Shown: one piece after another, positions 1 to 11,751 of the stretch
How the letters are laid out: the number at the start of each line of letters is the position of its first letter
How positions within the stretch are numbered: position 1 is the first letter of the stretch
Assembly (NCBI RefSeq): GCF_000009045.1
Contig: NC_000964.3
Coordinates: 1,612,001 to 1,676,000 of the forward strand
Length of the DNA: 64,000 nt
Reading direction: 5' to 3'
Source of the DNA: Bacillus subtilis subsp. subtilis str. 168
GTDB taxonomy: Bacteria; Bacillota; Bacilli; Bacillales; Bacillaceae
Position numbers and translations under genes: made by a program
The notes under the pieces: generated by a model
What the model saw: the letters and a program-made list of their open reading frames with translations, nothing else
What the model was told of the DNA's origin: nothing
Database searches by the model: none

Positions 1-1
1 G

Positions 2-427
2 CGGCAAAAATTCGGTGACATCGTGTTTTCTGAGACAGCAGTGCAATTGATTGTCTCAGCCGATACCGCTGATTTTGTGGCTGCACAGCTGACCCAAGCA
101 GGCAAAGCGGCGGTCAGCCTAGAGAAAATCGACTTGTCAGACCTTAACATTCCAGCAGTTGATGTCGAAATAAGAGATGACACGGTTTCTTCTTTAAGGC
201 TTGACGCCGTCTGCGCCTCTATGAGCAGGCAATCCCGCCAGAAATCACAGACGCTTGTGAAAAACGGCCTTGTGAAAGTGAACTGGAAGGTGGTTGAAGA
301 TCCTTCATACATAGTCGCGGAAGGGGACATGCTGTCTATCAGAGGTTTTGGCCGGTGCAGCTTAACAAAAATCGAAGGAAAAACCAAAAAAGACAAATGG
401 AGAGTTACGTTTGAACGACAAAAATAG
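2..427 (+). CDS. ylmH: S4-domain RNA-binding protein YlmH, 3' part (start lies left of the window)
   Basis: Frame is open from the window edge. C-terminal S4 motif SLRLDAVCASMSRQSRQKSQTLVKNGLVKVNW...GDMLSIRGFGR. Lies directly upstream of divIVA. Confidence 0.93.
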   Translation, partial: RQKFGDIVFSETAVQLIVSADTADFVAAQLTQAGKAAVSLEKIDLSDLNIPAVDVEIRDDTVSSLRLDAVCASMSRQSRQKSQTLVKNGLVKVNWKVVEDPSYIVAEGDMLSIRGFGRCSLTKIEGKTKKDKWRVTFERQK

Positions 428-469
428 TCGGTTTTTCAGTTTTTTTCTCCATCTGTGCGAAATTTGTTT

Positions 470-475
470 TATAAT
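470..475 (+). promoter_or_regulatory. Candidate SigA -10 element for divIVA
   Basis: TATAAT 45 nt upstream of the ATG; no convincing -35. Confidence 0.5.
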
Positions 476-520
476 GTGAACTAGATAACCGTACTGAAAT
501 GTAAAAATGGAGGTGGCATC

Positions 521-1015
521 ATGCCATTAACGCCAAATGATATTCACAACAAGACGTTTACAAAAAGTTTTCGCGGATATGATGAAGATGAAGTAAATGA
601 ATTCCTAGCCCAAGTCAGAAAAGATTACGAAATTGTTCTCCGCAAGAAAACTGAGCTTGAAGCGAAAGTCAATGAGCTTGATGAAAGAATCGGACACTTT
701 GCCAATATTGAGGAGACATTGAATAAATCAATTTTAGTTGCTCAAGAAGCGGCTGAAGACGTAAAACGCAATTCTCAAAAAGAAGCAAAGCTGATCGTTC
801 GGGAAGCGGAGAAAAACGCTGATCGCATTATCAACGAATCGTTATCAAAATCAAGAAAAATTGCAATGGAAATTGAAGAGCTGAAAAAACAGTCTAAAGT
901 GTTCAGAACACGTTTCCAAATGCTGATTGAAGCTCAGCTTGATCTTCTGAAAAATGACGATTGGGATCATCTCCTTGAGTATGAAGTCGACGCTGTATTT
1001 GAGGAAAAGGAATAA
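521..1015 (+). CDS. divIVA: Cell division/polarity protein DivIVA
   Basis: MPLTPNDIHNKTFTKSFRGYDEDEVNEFL N-terminus followed by a coiled coil; SD GGAGGTG. Confidence 0.99.
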   Translation: MPLTPNDIHNKTFTKSFRGYDEDEVNEFLAQVRKDYEIVLRKKTELEAKVNELDERIGHFANIEETLNKSILVAQEAAEDVKRNSQKEAKLIVREAEKNADRIINESLSKSRKIAMEIEELKKQSKVFRTRFQMLIEAQLDLLKNDDWDHLLEYEVDAVFEEKE

Positions 1016-1029
1016 ATTCTCTGATTATC

Positions 1030-1059
1030 TTGACATTTTCTTAGCTTGTCGAATATAAT
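1030..1059 (+). promoter_or_regulatory. SigA promoter of ileS
   Basis: TTGACA (1030-1035), 18-nt spacer, TATAAT (1054-1059). Confidence 0.9.
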
Positions 1060-1090
1060 ACGTTCATAAATTCAGATGAAAAAACGGTTG

Positions 1091-1324
1091 AAAGGGACAG
1101 TCATGTTTCCTTCAGGCCTTCATAGCGACCCGGAGATGGTGAGAGTCCGGGATGGCCGGAATCATGTAGATCAGCCCTTTAGTTTCCTTGCTGAACTCAC
1201 AGTAGGTTAGGACGTTCATCACGTTACGATGCTCAAGAGGAAAAAGTGTATGCTTGCTTTTTCTAAAAGGGTGGTACCGCGAGATAAGCTTTCTCGTCCC
1301 TTATGGGATGAGAGGGCTTTTTTT
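1091..1324 (+). promoter_or_regulatory. T-box riboswitch (tRNA-Ile) with intrinsic terminator
   Basis: Stem I 1091-1180 with AGCGA (1124-1128), GGTG apical loop and specifier ATC (1170-1172). AGTA box 1201-1204. T-box AAGGGTGGTACCGCG 1267-1281. Terminator hairpin about 1287-1318 plus T run. Confidence 0.96.
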
Positions 1325-1356
1325 ATTTTCTGAAAAAATGCAGTGGAGGAATGAAA

Positions 1357-4122
1357 ATGGATTTTAAAGACACGCTCTTAATGCCGAAAACAGATTTCCC
1401 GATGCGTGGAAATTTGCCAAACCGTGAGCCTGACATTCAAAAAAAATGGGAGGAAGAAGATATCTACCGTCTTGTTCAGGAACGGACGAAAGACCGCCCG
1501 AAATTTGTTTTACATGACGGACCTCCGTATGCAAACGGCGACATCCATATGGGCCATGCACTTAACAAGATTTTGAAAGACTTCATTGTCCGCTATAAAT
1601 CAATGAGCGGCTACAACGCACCGTATGTGCCGGGCTGGGATACACACGGATTGCCAATTGAAACAGCTCTGACAAAAAACAAAAAGGTCAACCGCAAAGA
1701 AATGTCAGTAGCGGAATTCCGCAAACTATGCGAAGAGTACGCTTGGAAGCAAATCGAGGGACAGCGTGAGCAATTCAAACGTCTTGGTGTCCGCGGTGAC
1801 TGGGAAAACCCATATGTGACATTAAAACCGGAATACGAAGCGCAGCAAATCCGCGTATTTGGTGAAATGGCAAAACGAGGCTACATTTACAAAGGCCTTA
1901 AACCGGTTAACTGGTCACCTTCAAGTGAGTCTGCTCTGGCTGAAGCCGAGATCGAATATCAAGATAAACGTTCAGCATCTATTTACGTCGCTTTTGGTGT
2001 AAAAGACGGAAAAGGCGTTCTTGAAAACGGCGAGCGCATCATCATTTGGACAACAACGCCGTGGACAATTCCGGCGAACCTCGGAATCTCAGTGCACCCT
2101 GATCTTGAGTACAGCGTGATTGCAGTAGGTGAAGACCGCTTTGTTGTAGCAAGTGCCTTAGTCGAAAATGTTGCATCGGCATGCGGATTTGATCAGTATG
2201 AAGTGACAAGAACGGTCAAAGGGAAAGACCTTGAGAACATTATCGCTGAACACCCGCTATATGGCAGAGACTCTCTCGTTATGCTTGGTGAACACGTAAC
2301 AACTGATGCCGGAACAGGCTGTGTTCATACAGCGCCTGGACATGGGGAAGATGACTTTATCATCGGCCAAAAATACGGTTTAGATGTGCTTTGCCCGGTC
2401 GATGAAAAAGGTGTAATGACAAGCGAAGCTCCTGGCTTTGAAGGCATGTTCTATGATGATGCAAACAAAGCGATCACACAGCAGCTTGATGAAAAAGGCG
2501 CACTTGTGAAGCTTGAATTCATTACTCATTCTTATCCGCATGATTGGAGAACAAAAAAACCAACCATTTTCAGAGCAACAGCGCAATGGTTTGCGTCTAT
2601 TAAAGATTTCAGATCAGACCTGCTGGATGCCATTAAAGAAACCAAATGGGTTCCTGAATGGGGCGAGCAGCGTTTGCACAACATGGTTCGGGACCGCGGA
2701 GACTGGTGTATTTCCAGACAGCGTGCGTGGGGTGTGCCGATTCCGGTATTTTACGCTGAAAACGGAGAACCGGTTATTACAGATGAAACCATTGAACATG
2801 TTTCTGAATTGTTCAGACAGCATGGATCAAACATTTGGTTTGAAAAAGAAGCAAAGGATCTTCTTCCGGAAGGCTTTACGCATCCTGGCAGCCCGAACGG
2901 CACATTTACAAAAGAACAGGATATCATGGATGTTTGGTTTGATTCAGGCTCTTCACATCAAGCAGTGCTTGAAGAACGTGATGACCTCGTTCGCCCGGCT
3001 GATCTATACCTAGAGGGATCTGACCAATATCGCGGCTGGTTTAACTCTTCTCTTTCTACAGCAGTAGCCGTAACAGGGAAAGCGCCGTATAAAGGTGTGC
3101 TCAGCCATGGGTTCGCACTGGATGGAGAAGGACGTAAGATGAGTAAATCAATCGGTAACGTTGTTGTTCCGGCTAAAGTCATGAAACAGCTTGGTGCCGA
3201 CATCTTAAGATTATGGGTATCTTCAGTGGATTATCAGGCGGACGTTCGCGTGTCTGACGCCATTCTGAAGCAGGTTGCGGAAGTATATCGTAAAATCCGC
3301 AACACGTTCCGTTTCCTTCACGGCAACCTTTTCGATTTTGATCCAAAAACAAATGCGGTGGCTGTCGAAGATCTTCGCGAAGTGGATCAGTATATGCTGA
3401 TTAAGCTGAACAAGCTGATTGATAAAGTGAAAAAAGCGTATGATGAGTACGAATTTGCGGTTGTGTATCACAGCATTCATAATTTCTGCACAATCGAATT
3501 GAGCTCATTCTACCTTGATTTTGCAAAAGATATTGTCTACATCGAGCATGCGGATCATCCGGATAGACGCAGCATGCAGACAGTATTCTACGAAACGCTT
3601 CTTGCATTAGTGAAGCTTTCAGCGCCTATCCTTCCACATACGGCAGACGAATTGTGGTCTCATTTAACATTTGTTGAAGAGCAGAGCGTTCAGTTGACCG
3701 ATATGCCGGAAACAATCACGGTTCCAAACAGTGAAGCGACTGAAGAAAAATTTGACCGCTTTATGGCTCTTCGTGATGACGTGTTAAAAGCATTAGAAAC
3801 TGCGCGAAATGAAAAAATTATCGGTAAATCTTTGGAAGCAAACCTGAAATTGTATCCAAACAAAGAAAACAAGGAGCTCTTGGCTTCCATAAAAGAAAAC
3901 CTTTCTCAGCTGTTTATTGTGTCTGAACTGACAATCAGCGAAGAAAATGAAGCGCCGAACGATGCGCAAAGCTTTGCGACGGGTAAAATCGCTGTCGAGA
4001 AAGCGGAAGGCGAAATGTGTGAGAGATCTCGTGTGATTTCAAAAGATGTAGGGGCAAATCCGAAATATCCTACACTTTCATTACGCAACGCTGAAATCGT
4101 TGAAAAATACTATCAAAAATAA
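1357..4122 (+). CDS. ileS: Isoleucyl-tRNA synthetase (bacterial type 1), 921 aa
   Basis: HIGH-like HMGH, KMSKS and GWDTHGLP motifs. Second ATG (1357) chosen because SD GGAGGA (1345-1350) abuts the first ATG. Confidence 0.99.
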   Translation: MDFKDTLLMPKTDFPMRGNLPNREPDIQKKWEEEDIYRLVQERTKDRPKFVLHDGPPYANGDIHMGHALNKILKDFIVRYKSMSGYNAPYVPGWDTHGLPIETALTKNKKVNRKEMSVAEFRKLCEEYAWKQIEGQREQFKRLGVRGDWENPYVTLKPEYEAQQIRVFGEMAKRGYIYKGLKPVNWSPSSESALAEAEIEYQDKRSASIYVAFGVKDGKGVLENGERIIIWTTTPWTIPANLGISVHPDLEYSVIAVGEDRFVVASALVENVASACGFDQYEVTRTVKGKDLENIIAEHPLYGRDSLVMLGEHVTTDAGTGCVHTAPGHGEDDFIIGQKYGLDVLCPVDEKGVMTSEAPGFEGMFYDDANKAITQQLDEKGALVKLEFITHSYPHDWRTKKPTIFRATAQWFASIKDFRSDLLDAIKETKWVPEWGEQRLHNMVRDRGDWCISRQRAWGVPIPVFYAENGEPVITDETIEHVSELFRQHGSNIWFEKEAKDLLPEGFTHPGSPNGTFTKEQDIMDVWFDSGSSHQAVLEERDDLVRPADLYLEGSDQYRGWFNSSLSTAVAVTGKAPYKGVLSHGFALDGEGRKMSKSIGNVVVPAKVMKQLGADILRLWVSSVDYQADVRVSDAILKQVAEVYRKIRNTFRFLHGNLFDFDPKTNAVAVEDLREVDQYMLIKLNKLIDKVKKAYDEYEFAVVYHSIHNFCTIELSSFYLDFAKDIVYIEHADHPDRRSMQTVFYETLLALVKLSAPILPHTADELWSHLTFVEEQSVQLTDMPETITVPNSEATEEKFDRFMALRDDVLKALETARNEKIIGKSLEANLKLYPNKENKELLASIKENLSQLFIVSELTISEENEAPNDAQSFATGKIAVEKAEGEMCERSRVISKDVGANPKYPTLSLRNAEIVEKYYQK

Positions 4123-4126
4123 TGCA

Positions 4127-4158
4127 AAAGAGCCCGGCGTAAAAGCCGGGCTTTTTTT
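4127..4158 (+). terminator. Intrinsic terminator after ileS
   Basis: AGCCCGGC-gtaaaa-GCCGGGCT followed by a T run. Confidence 0.93.
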
Positions 4159-4266
4159 GTGCCAAGAGTGACATCCTTTAGAACGAAAGGAAAAATCTTA
4201 TGGGCTTTAGATCATCATTCACAGGCAACAATAAAGATACTACGTTAAGAGCAGGAGTTGTGAAGA

Positions 4267-4641
4267 ATGAATGATCAACTGACCGCAATTTATACGGAAC
4301 TTCTTCTGATGAAAGAAGAATTACAGTCGAGATTATTTGAGTATTCTTGCTTTCAGGTTTCTACAAGCCCGCAAGCAGCAATCAATCAAAAACAAAAAGC
4401 AACTCTGATCTATCATATTAAAGAAGAACTTCAAGACGTTCTCCTTGCATTGTCCAAAATCGAAAACGGCACATTCGGATACTGTGAAGAAACTGGGGCC
4501 CCCATTCCTCTTGCAAAGCTGGCAGTGCTGCCGACGGCCCGAACAGCAAACGATTTTCTTTATTCTGTCCAATTTGAGAAAAAAACGCTTCCGATATGGA
4601 AATCAACGGATATCGAATATGGTCAGGCACTGTATGAATAA
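4267..4641 (+). CDS. ylyA: DksA/TraR-like RNA polymerase-binding sporulation protein YlyA
   Basis: ALSKIENGTFGYCEETGAPIPLAKLAVLPTART resembles the DksA C-terminal domain; SD AGGAG; position between ileS and lspA. Confidence 0.9.
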   Translation: MNDQLTAIYTELLLMKEELQSRLFEYSCFQVSTSPQAAINQKQKATLIYHIKEELQDVLLALSKIENGTFGYCEETGAPIPLAKLAVLPTARTANDFLYSVQFEKKTLPIWKSTDIEYGQALYE

Positions 4642-4674
4642 CAGTGTCTGTCCGGTTAATATGCCTGATATTTC

Positions 4675-4703
4675 TTTACTCCAGTGCTTTTTATTGATAA
4701 AAT
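4675..4703 (+). promoter_or_regulatory. SigA promoter of lspA-rluD
   Basis: TTTACT, 17 nt, TAAAAT with extended -10 TG (4695-4696). Confidence 0.7.
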
Positions 4704-4743
4704 GCATAATGGATTAAAGTAACCGTAAACTGGAGGAACGTTT

Positions 4744-5208
4744 GTGCTGTATTATATGATTGCACTACTTATTATTGCAGCCGATCAATTGACAAAATGG
4801 CTAGTTGTTAAGAACATGGAACTTGGCCAAAGCATTCCGATCATTGATCAGGTATTCTATATCACCTCCCATCGCAATACGGGTGCTGCATGGGGGATAT
4901 TAGCGGGTCAAATGTGGTTTTTCTACCTCATAACAACCGCTGTTATTATTGGTATTGTTTATTACATACAGCGTTATACAAAGGGACAAAGGCTTCTTGG
5001 CGTTGCCCTCGGACTTATGCTTGGCGGTGCCATCGGCAACTTTATCGATCGGGCTGTCAGACAGGAAGTTGTGGATTTTATCCATGTTATTATTGTCAAT
5101 TACAATTACCCGATATTTAACATCGCGGACTCTTCACTATGTGTCGGCGTAATGCTTTTATTTATACAAATGCTGTTGGACAGCGGGAAAAAGAAAAAGG
5201 AGCAATAG
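4744..5208 (+). CDS. lspA: Lipoprotein signal peptidase II
   Basis: GTG start with [29 protein letters not shown] and FNIADS motifs; hydrophobic helices. Confidence 0.98.
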   Translation: MLYYMIALLIIAADQLTKWLVVKNMELGQSIPIIDQVFYITSHRNTGAAWGILAGQMWFFYLITTAVIIGIVYYIQRYTKGQRLLGVALGLMLGGAIGNFIDRAVRQEVVDFIHVIIVNYNYPIFNIADSSLCVGVMLLFIQMLLDSGKKKKEQ

Positions 5209-5209
5209 C

Positions 5210-6121
5210 ATGAATCAAATTGATATAACCGCTTCAGAAGAACAAAAAAGTGAGCGGATTGATAAATTTTTGGCATCGACTGAGAATGATTGGTCAAGAA
5301 CCCAGGTTCAGCAATGGGTAAAAGACGGACAGGTTGTCGTGAACGGAAGCGCGGTGAAAGCGAATTATAAAATTCAGCCGGGTGATCAGGTGACCGTCAC
5401 TGTACCTGAACCGGAAGCGCTCGACGTCCTGGCAGAGCCTATGGATCTGGATATTTATTATGAGGACCAGGATGTGCTGGTCGTCAACAAACCTCGCGGA
5501 ATGGTTGTTCACCCAGCACCCGGGCATCTTACGGGCACACTTGTAAACGGTCTTATGGCTCATTGCACAGACCTTTCCGGAATAAATGGTGTGATGCGCC
5601 CGGGTATTGTTCACAGAATCGATAAGGACACGTCCGGTTTATTAATGGTGGCGAAAAATGATATGGCGCACGAGTCACTCGTAAACCAATTGGTCAACAA
5701 AACGGTCACGCGGAAATATACGGCGGTTGTCCACGGGCTTATTTCTCATGATGACGGCACAATTGACGCGCCGATCGGACGGGATAAAAAAGACCGTCAA
5801 AGCATGACTGTGACACGTGATGGCAAAAACGCTGTCACTCATTTTCATGTGCTTGAGCGTTTTCAGGATTTTACGTTAGTGGAGTGCCAGCTTGAAACAG
5901 GGAGAACCCATCAAATTCGTGTTCATATGAAATATATCGGATTCCCATTAGCAGGCGATCCGAAATACGGCCCAAGAAAAACAATCGACTTTAATGGCCA
6001 AGCGCTTCACGCGGGAGTTTTAGGTTTTGACCATCCACGAACAGGAGAATATGTCGAATTTGAAGCGCCGCTTCCCGAGGATATGGCAGAATTAATCGAA
6101 AACCTCAGAAAAAACGGTTGA
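5210..6121 (+). CDS. rluD: RluD-family 23S rRNA pseudouridine synthase (YlyB)
   Basis: N-terminal S4 domain, HRIDKDTSG catalytic motif, LETGRTHQIRVH. Starts 1 nt after the lspA stop. Confidence 0.96.
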   Translation: MNQIDITASEEQKSERIDKFLASTENDWSRTQVQQWVKDGQVVVNGSAVKANYKIQPGDQVTVTVPEPEALDVLAEPMDLDIYYEDQDVLVVNKPRGMVVHPAPGHLTGTLVNGLMAHCTDLSGINGVMRPGIVHRIDKDTSGLLMVAKNDMAHESLVNQLVNKTVTRKYTAVVHGLISHDDGTIDAPIGRDKKDRQSMTVTRDGKNAVTHFHVLERFQDFTLVECQLETGRTHQIRVHMKYIGFPLAGDPKYGPRKTIDFNGQALHAGVLGFDHPRTGEYVEFEAPLPEDMAELIENLRKNG

Positions 6122-6146
6122 CAGAGGGTTTCTTTTCTGAAATAAT
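6118..6146 (+). promoter_or_regulatory. SigA promoter of the pyr operon
   Basis: TTGACA (6118-6123, contains the rluD stop TGA), 17 nt, AATAAT with TG at 6138-6139. Confidence 0.85.
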
Positions 6147-6152
6147 AAACGA

Positions 6153-6274
6153 AGCTGAATAGATTCTTTAAAACAGTCCAGAGAGGCTGAGAAGGATAAC
6201 GGATAGACGGGATGCGTGTATAGGCGCGCACCTTGTCCTAAAACCCCTCTATGCTCTGGCAGGAGGGGTTTTTT
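6153..6274 (+). promoter_or_regulatory. PyrR attenuator 1 (binding loop, antiterminator, terminator)
   Basis: AGTCCAGAGAGG at 6175-6186; terminator AAACCCCTC...GAGGGGTTT plus T run at 6241-6274. Confidence 0.95.
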
Positions 6275-6285
6275 CTTCTATATGA

Positions 6286-6849
<564 letters not shown>

Positions 6850-6852
6850 TAG

Positions 6853-6968
6853 ATCACCTTTTTAAGGGCAATCCAGAGAGGTTGCAAAGAGGTGCACAAC
6901 AAAGGCCCAAAAAGTATTCGGCAGGTCTTTGTATGCCTCTTTGCGTAAAAAAGCAAAGAGGTTTTTTT
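6853..6968 (+). promoter_or_regulatory. PyrR attenuator 2
   Basis: AATCCAGAGAGG at 6870-6881; terminator CCTCTTTGC...GCAAAGAGG plus T run at 6936-6968. Confidence 0.95.
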
Positions 6969-7022
6969 ATACAGTCATTGAGTCATCCTAAAATGAAAGT
7001 CAACAATCAGGGGGAAATCATC

Positions 7023-8330
7023 ATGAGTAAGAAAAAAGTAAATTTAGGGGTCAGGGATGTCCCGACACCTTTCTCTTGGGTTTCATTCAGCCTTCAGCAT
7101 TTGTTTGCCATGTTTGGCTCAACCATTTTGGTTCCGAAGCTCGTCGGAATGAGTCCTGCTGTGGCGTTGGTGACAAGCGGCATCGGAACACTGGCGTACC
7201 TTCTTATTACCAAAGGACAAATTCCGGCGTATCTCGGTTCATCCTTCGCCTTTATTTCTCCGATCATTCTGGTAAAAGCGACCGGCGGGCCGGGAGCGGC
7301 AATGGTTGGAGCGTTTCTTGCAGGGCTGGTGTACGGGCTGATTGCCTTATTGATTAGGCAGCTTGGAACAGGATGGCTGATGAAGATTCTCCCGCCTGTA
7401 GTCGTAGGGCCTGTTATTATCGTCATCGGGCTGGGACTGGCAAGCACTGCAGTAAACATGGCGATGTATGCTGATCCGAACGCGAGTGAGTTGGTCTACA
7501 GCTTAAAGCACTTTAGTGTCGCAGGAGTTACGCTGGCAATTACGATTATTTGTGCGATTTTCTTACGAGGGTTTTTAAGCCTGATTCCGGTTCTGATCGG
7601 AATCATCGGCGGATACCTGTTTGCCCTTACTCAAGGGATTGTCAACTTCCAGCCGGTGCTTGACGCGAAATGGTTTGCAGTGCCTGAATTTATCATTCCG
7701 TTCAAAGATTATTCACCGTCAGTTACGCTCGGCATCGCAGCCGCAATGGTTCCTGTCGCATTTGTCACAATGTCAGAGCATATCGGCCACCAAATGGTGC
7801 TGAGCAAGGTTGTCGGACAAGACTTCATTAAAAAGCCAGGTCTTCATCGCTCTATTATGGGTGACAGTGTGGCGACAATCCTCGCTTCCCTGATCGGCGG
7901 CCCTCCGACAACGACTTACGGAGAAAACATTGGCGTGCTGGCCATCACAAGAGTATTCAGCGTCTTTGTCATCGGGGGCGCGGCAGTGATTGCCCTTTGC
8001 TTCGGCTTTATCGGCAAAATTTCAGCGCTGATCAGTTCAGTGCCGTCAGCGGTCATGGGAGGCGTCTCCTTCCTGCTGTTCGGAATCATTGCTTCAAGCG
8101 GCCTGAGAATGCTGATTGACAACAAAATTGATTATGAAAACAACAGAAACCTCATTATTACATCAGTTATCCTTGTCATCGGTGTAGGAGGCGCTTTTAT
8201 CCAAGTGTCTCAGGGCGGATTCCAAGTGTCAGGAATGGCGCTTGCCGCAATTGTCGGTGTCATCTTAAACCTGATTCTTCCGCAGGCGAAGGAAGAGCAG
8301 GCAGACACATCTGAACAACATCATATTTAA
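7023..8330 (+). CDS. pyrP: Uracil permease PyrP (NCS2 family), 435 aa
   Basis: QHLFAMFG and TTTYGENIGV NCS2 signatures. ATG 7023 follows SD GGGGG; the ORF-track extension runs through the attenuator. Confidence 0.98.
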   Translation: MSKKKVNLGVRDVPTPFSWVSFSLQHLFAMFGSTILVPKLVGMSPAVALVTSGIGTLAYLLITKGQIPAYLGSSFAFISPIILVKATGGPGAAMVGAFLAGLVYGLIALLIRQLGTGWLMKILPPVVVGPVIIVIGLGLASTAVNMAMYADPNASELVYSLKHFSVAGVTLAITIICAIFLRGFLSLIPVLIGIIGGYLFALTQGIVNFQPVLDAKWFAVPEFIIPFKDYSPSVTLGIAAAMVPVAFVTMSEHIGHQMVLSKVVGQDFIKKPGLHRSIMGDSVATILASLIGGPPTTTYGENIGVLAITRVFSVFVIGGAAVIALCFGFIGKISALISSVPSAVMGGVSFLLFGIIASSGLRMLIDNKIDYENNRNLIITSVILVIGVGGAFIQVSQGGFQVSGMALAAIVGVILNLILPQAKEEQADTSEQHHI

Positions 8331-8443
8331 AACCTTTTAATGAAAGTCCAGAGAGGCTTGGAAGGGTTATGAAGAGAAGGAAGCTTCAATGCTGCCCTCT
8401 ATTTAACCATACCCCGAGTCTATCTTAGACCGGGGTTTTTTTT
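8331..8443 (+). promoter_or_regulatory. PyrR attenuator 3
   Basis: AGTCCAGAGAGG at 8345-8356; terminator ACCCCG.GTCT...AGACCGGGGT plus T run at 8411-8443. Confidence 0.95.
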
Positions 8444-8457
8444 CAGCCTTAAGTTGA

Positions 8458-10656
<2,199 letters not shown>

Positions 10657-10660
<4 letters not shown>

Positions 10661-11751
10661 AGAGACGATTAGTACTGGAAAACGGAGCGGTATTCGAGGG
10701 AGAAGCTTTCGGAAGCTTAGAACACAACATGGGAGAAGTCGTTTTTAATACTGGGATGACAGGCTATCAGGAAATTTTATCTGATCCTTCTTACTGCGGA
10801 CAGATCGTAACATTAACATACCCGCTTATCGGAAATTACGGCATTAACCGTGATGATTTTGAATCCATTACCCCTTTTGTCAAAGGGCTGATCATCAAAG
10901 AATTATGTGAGCTGCCTTCCAACTGGCGTTCAGCATACACCTTAGACGAGTATTTAAAAATGAAAAACATTCCCGGACTCCAGGGAATTGATACAAGGAA
11001 GCTGACAAGAATGATCCGCACGGCAGGCGCGCTAAAAGGAACATTCGCTTCATCTGATGAAGATATCGAAGCAGTGCTGAAAAGACTGAACGAAACGGAA
11101 TTGCCAAGAAATCAAGTATCCCAAGTATCAGCAAAAACAGCATATCCGAGCCCGGGAAGAGGCAAACGCATTGTCTTGGTTGACTTCGGCATGAAACACG
11201 GGATTCTAAGAGAGCTGAACAAACGGAAATGTGACGTCATCGTTGTGCCTTACAACATTACAGCGGAAGAGGTGCTTCAGCTGAAACCGGACGGTATCAT
11301 GCTTTCTAACGGACCTGGAGACCCGAAGGATGTGCCTGAAGCGATTGAAATGATTAAAGGTGTTCTTGGAAAAGTGCCATTATTCGGAATATGTCTCGGC
11401 CACCAATTATTCGCGCTGGCGTGCGGGGCGAATACTGAAAAAATGAAATTCGGCCACAGGGGCTCAAACCACCCGGTAAAAGAGCTGGCTACAGGAAAAG
11501 TTGCCTTAACATCTCAAAACCATGGATATACAGTTTCGTCTATCAGTAAAACAGAACTGGAAGTGACGCATATCGCAATTAACGACGATACGATTGAAGG
11601 GCTGAAGCATAAAACATTGCCGGCATTTACGGTTCAATATCATCCCGAAGCCTCACCTGGTCCTGAGGATGCCAACCATCTATTTGACAGATTCATCGAA
11701 ATGATCGAAACAACAGAGAAAGAAGGGGAAGCGGTATGCCAAAACGCGTAG
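10657..11751 (+). CDS. pyrAA: Carbamoyl-phosphate synthase small (glutaminase) subunit
   Basis: SNGPGDP, GICLGHQ and QYHPEA motifs; ATGA overlap with pyrC. Confidence 0.99.

Noticed and set aside
2513-3013. 166-aa same-strand alternative-frame ORF inside ileS
   Set aside because: No SD, no motif, and it is nested in an essential gene; consistent with a chance stop-free stretch.
6052-6058. TGTCGAA (0A box) in rluD about 60 nt upstream of the pyr -35
   Set aside because: Single, inside coding sequence and within chance expectation for a 7-mer.
6144-6156. Possible PurBox near the pyr +1 (ATAAACGAAGCTG)
   Set aside because: Only a partial match to the recalled consensus, and I could not identify a properly spaced partner box.
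6882-7022. 47-aa N-terminal extension of PyrP in the ORF track (similar extensions for gmk, pyrF, plsX, fabG, cysH, fapR, rnc, rimM, sdaAA, thiN, ylqB)
   Set aside because: These are longest-ORF artefacts. The extensions cross attenuators or upstream genes, and the SDs sit at the downstream starts used above.
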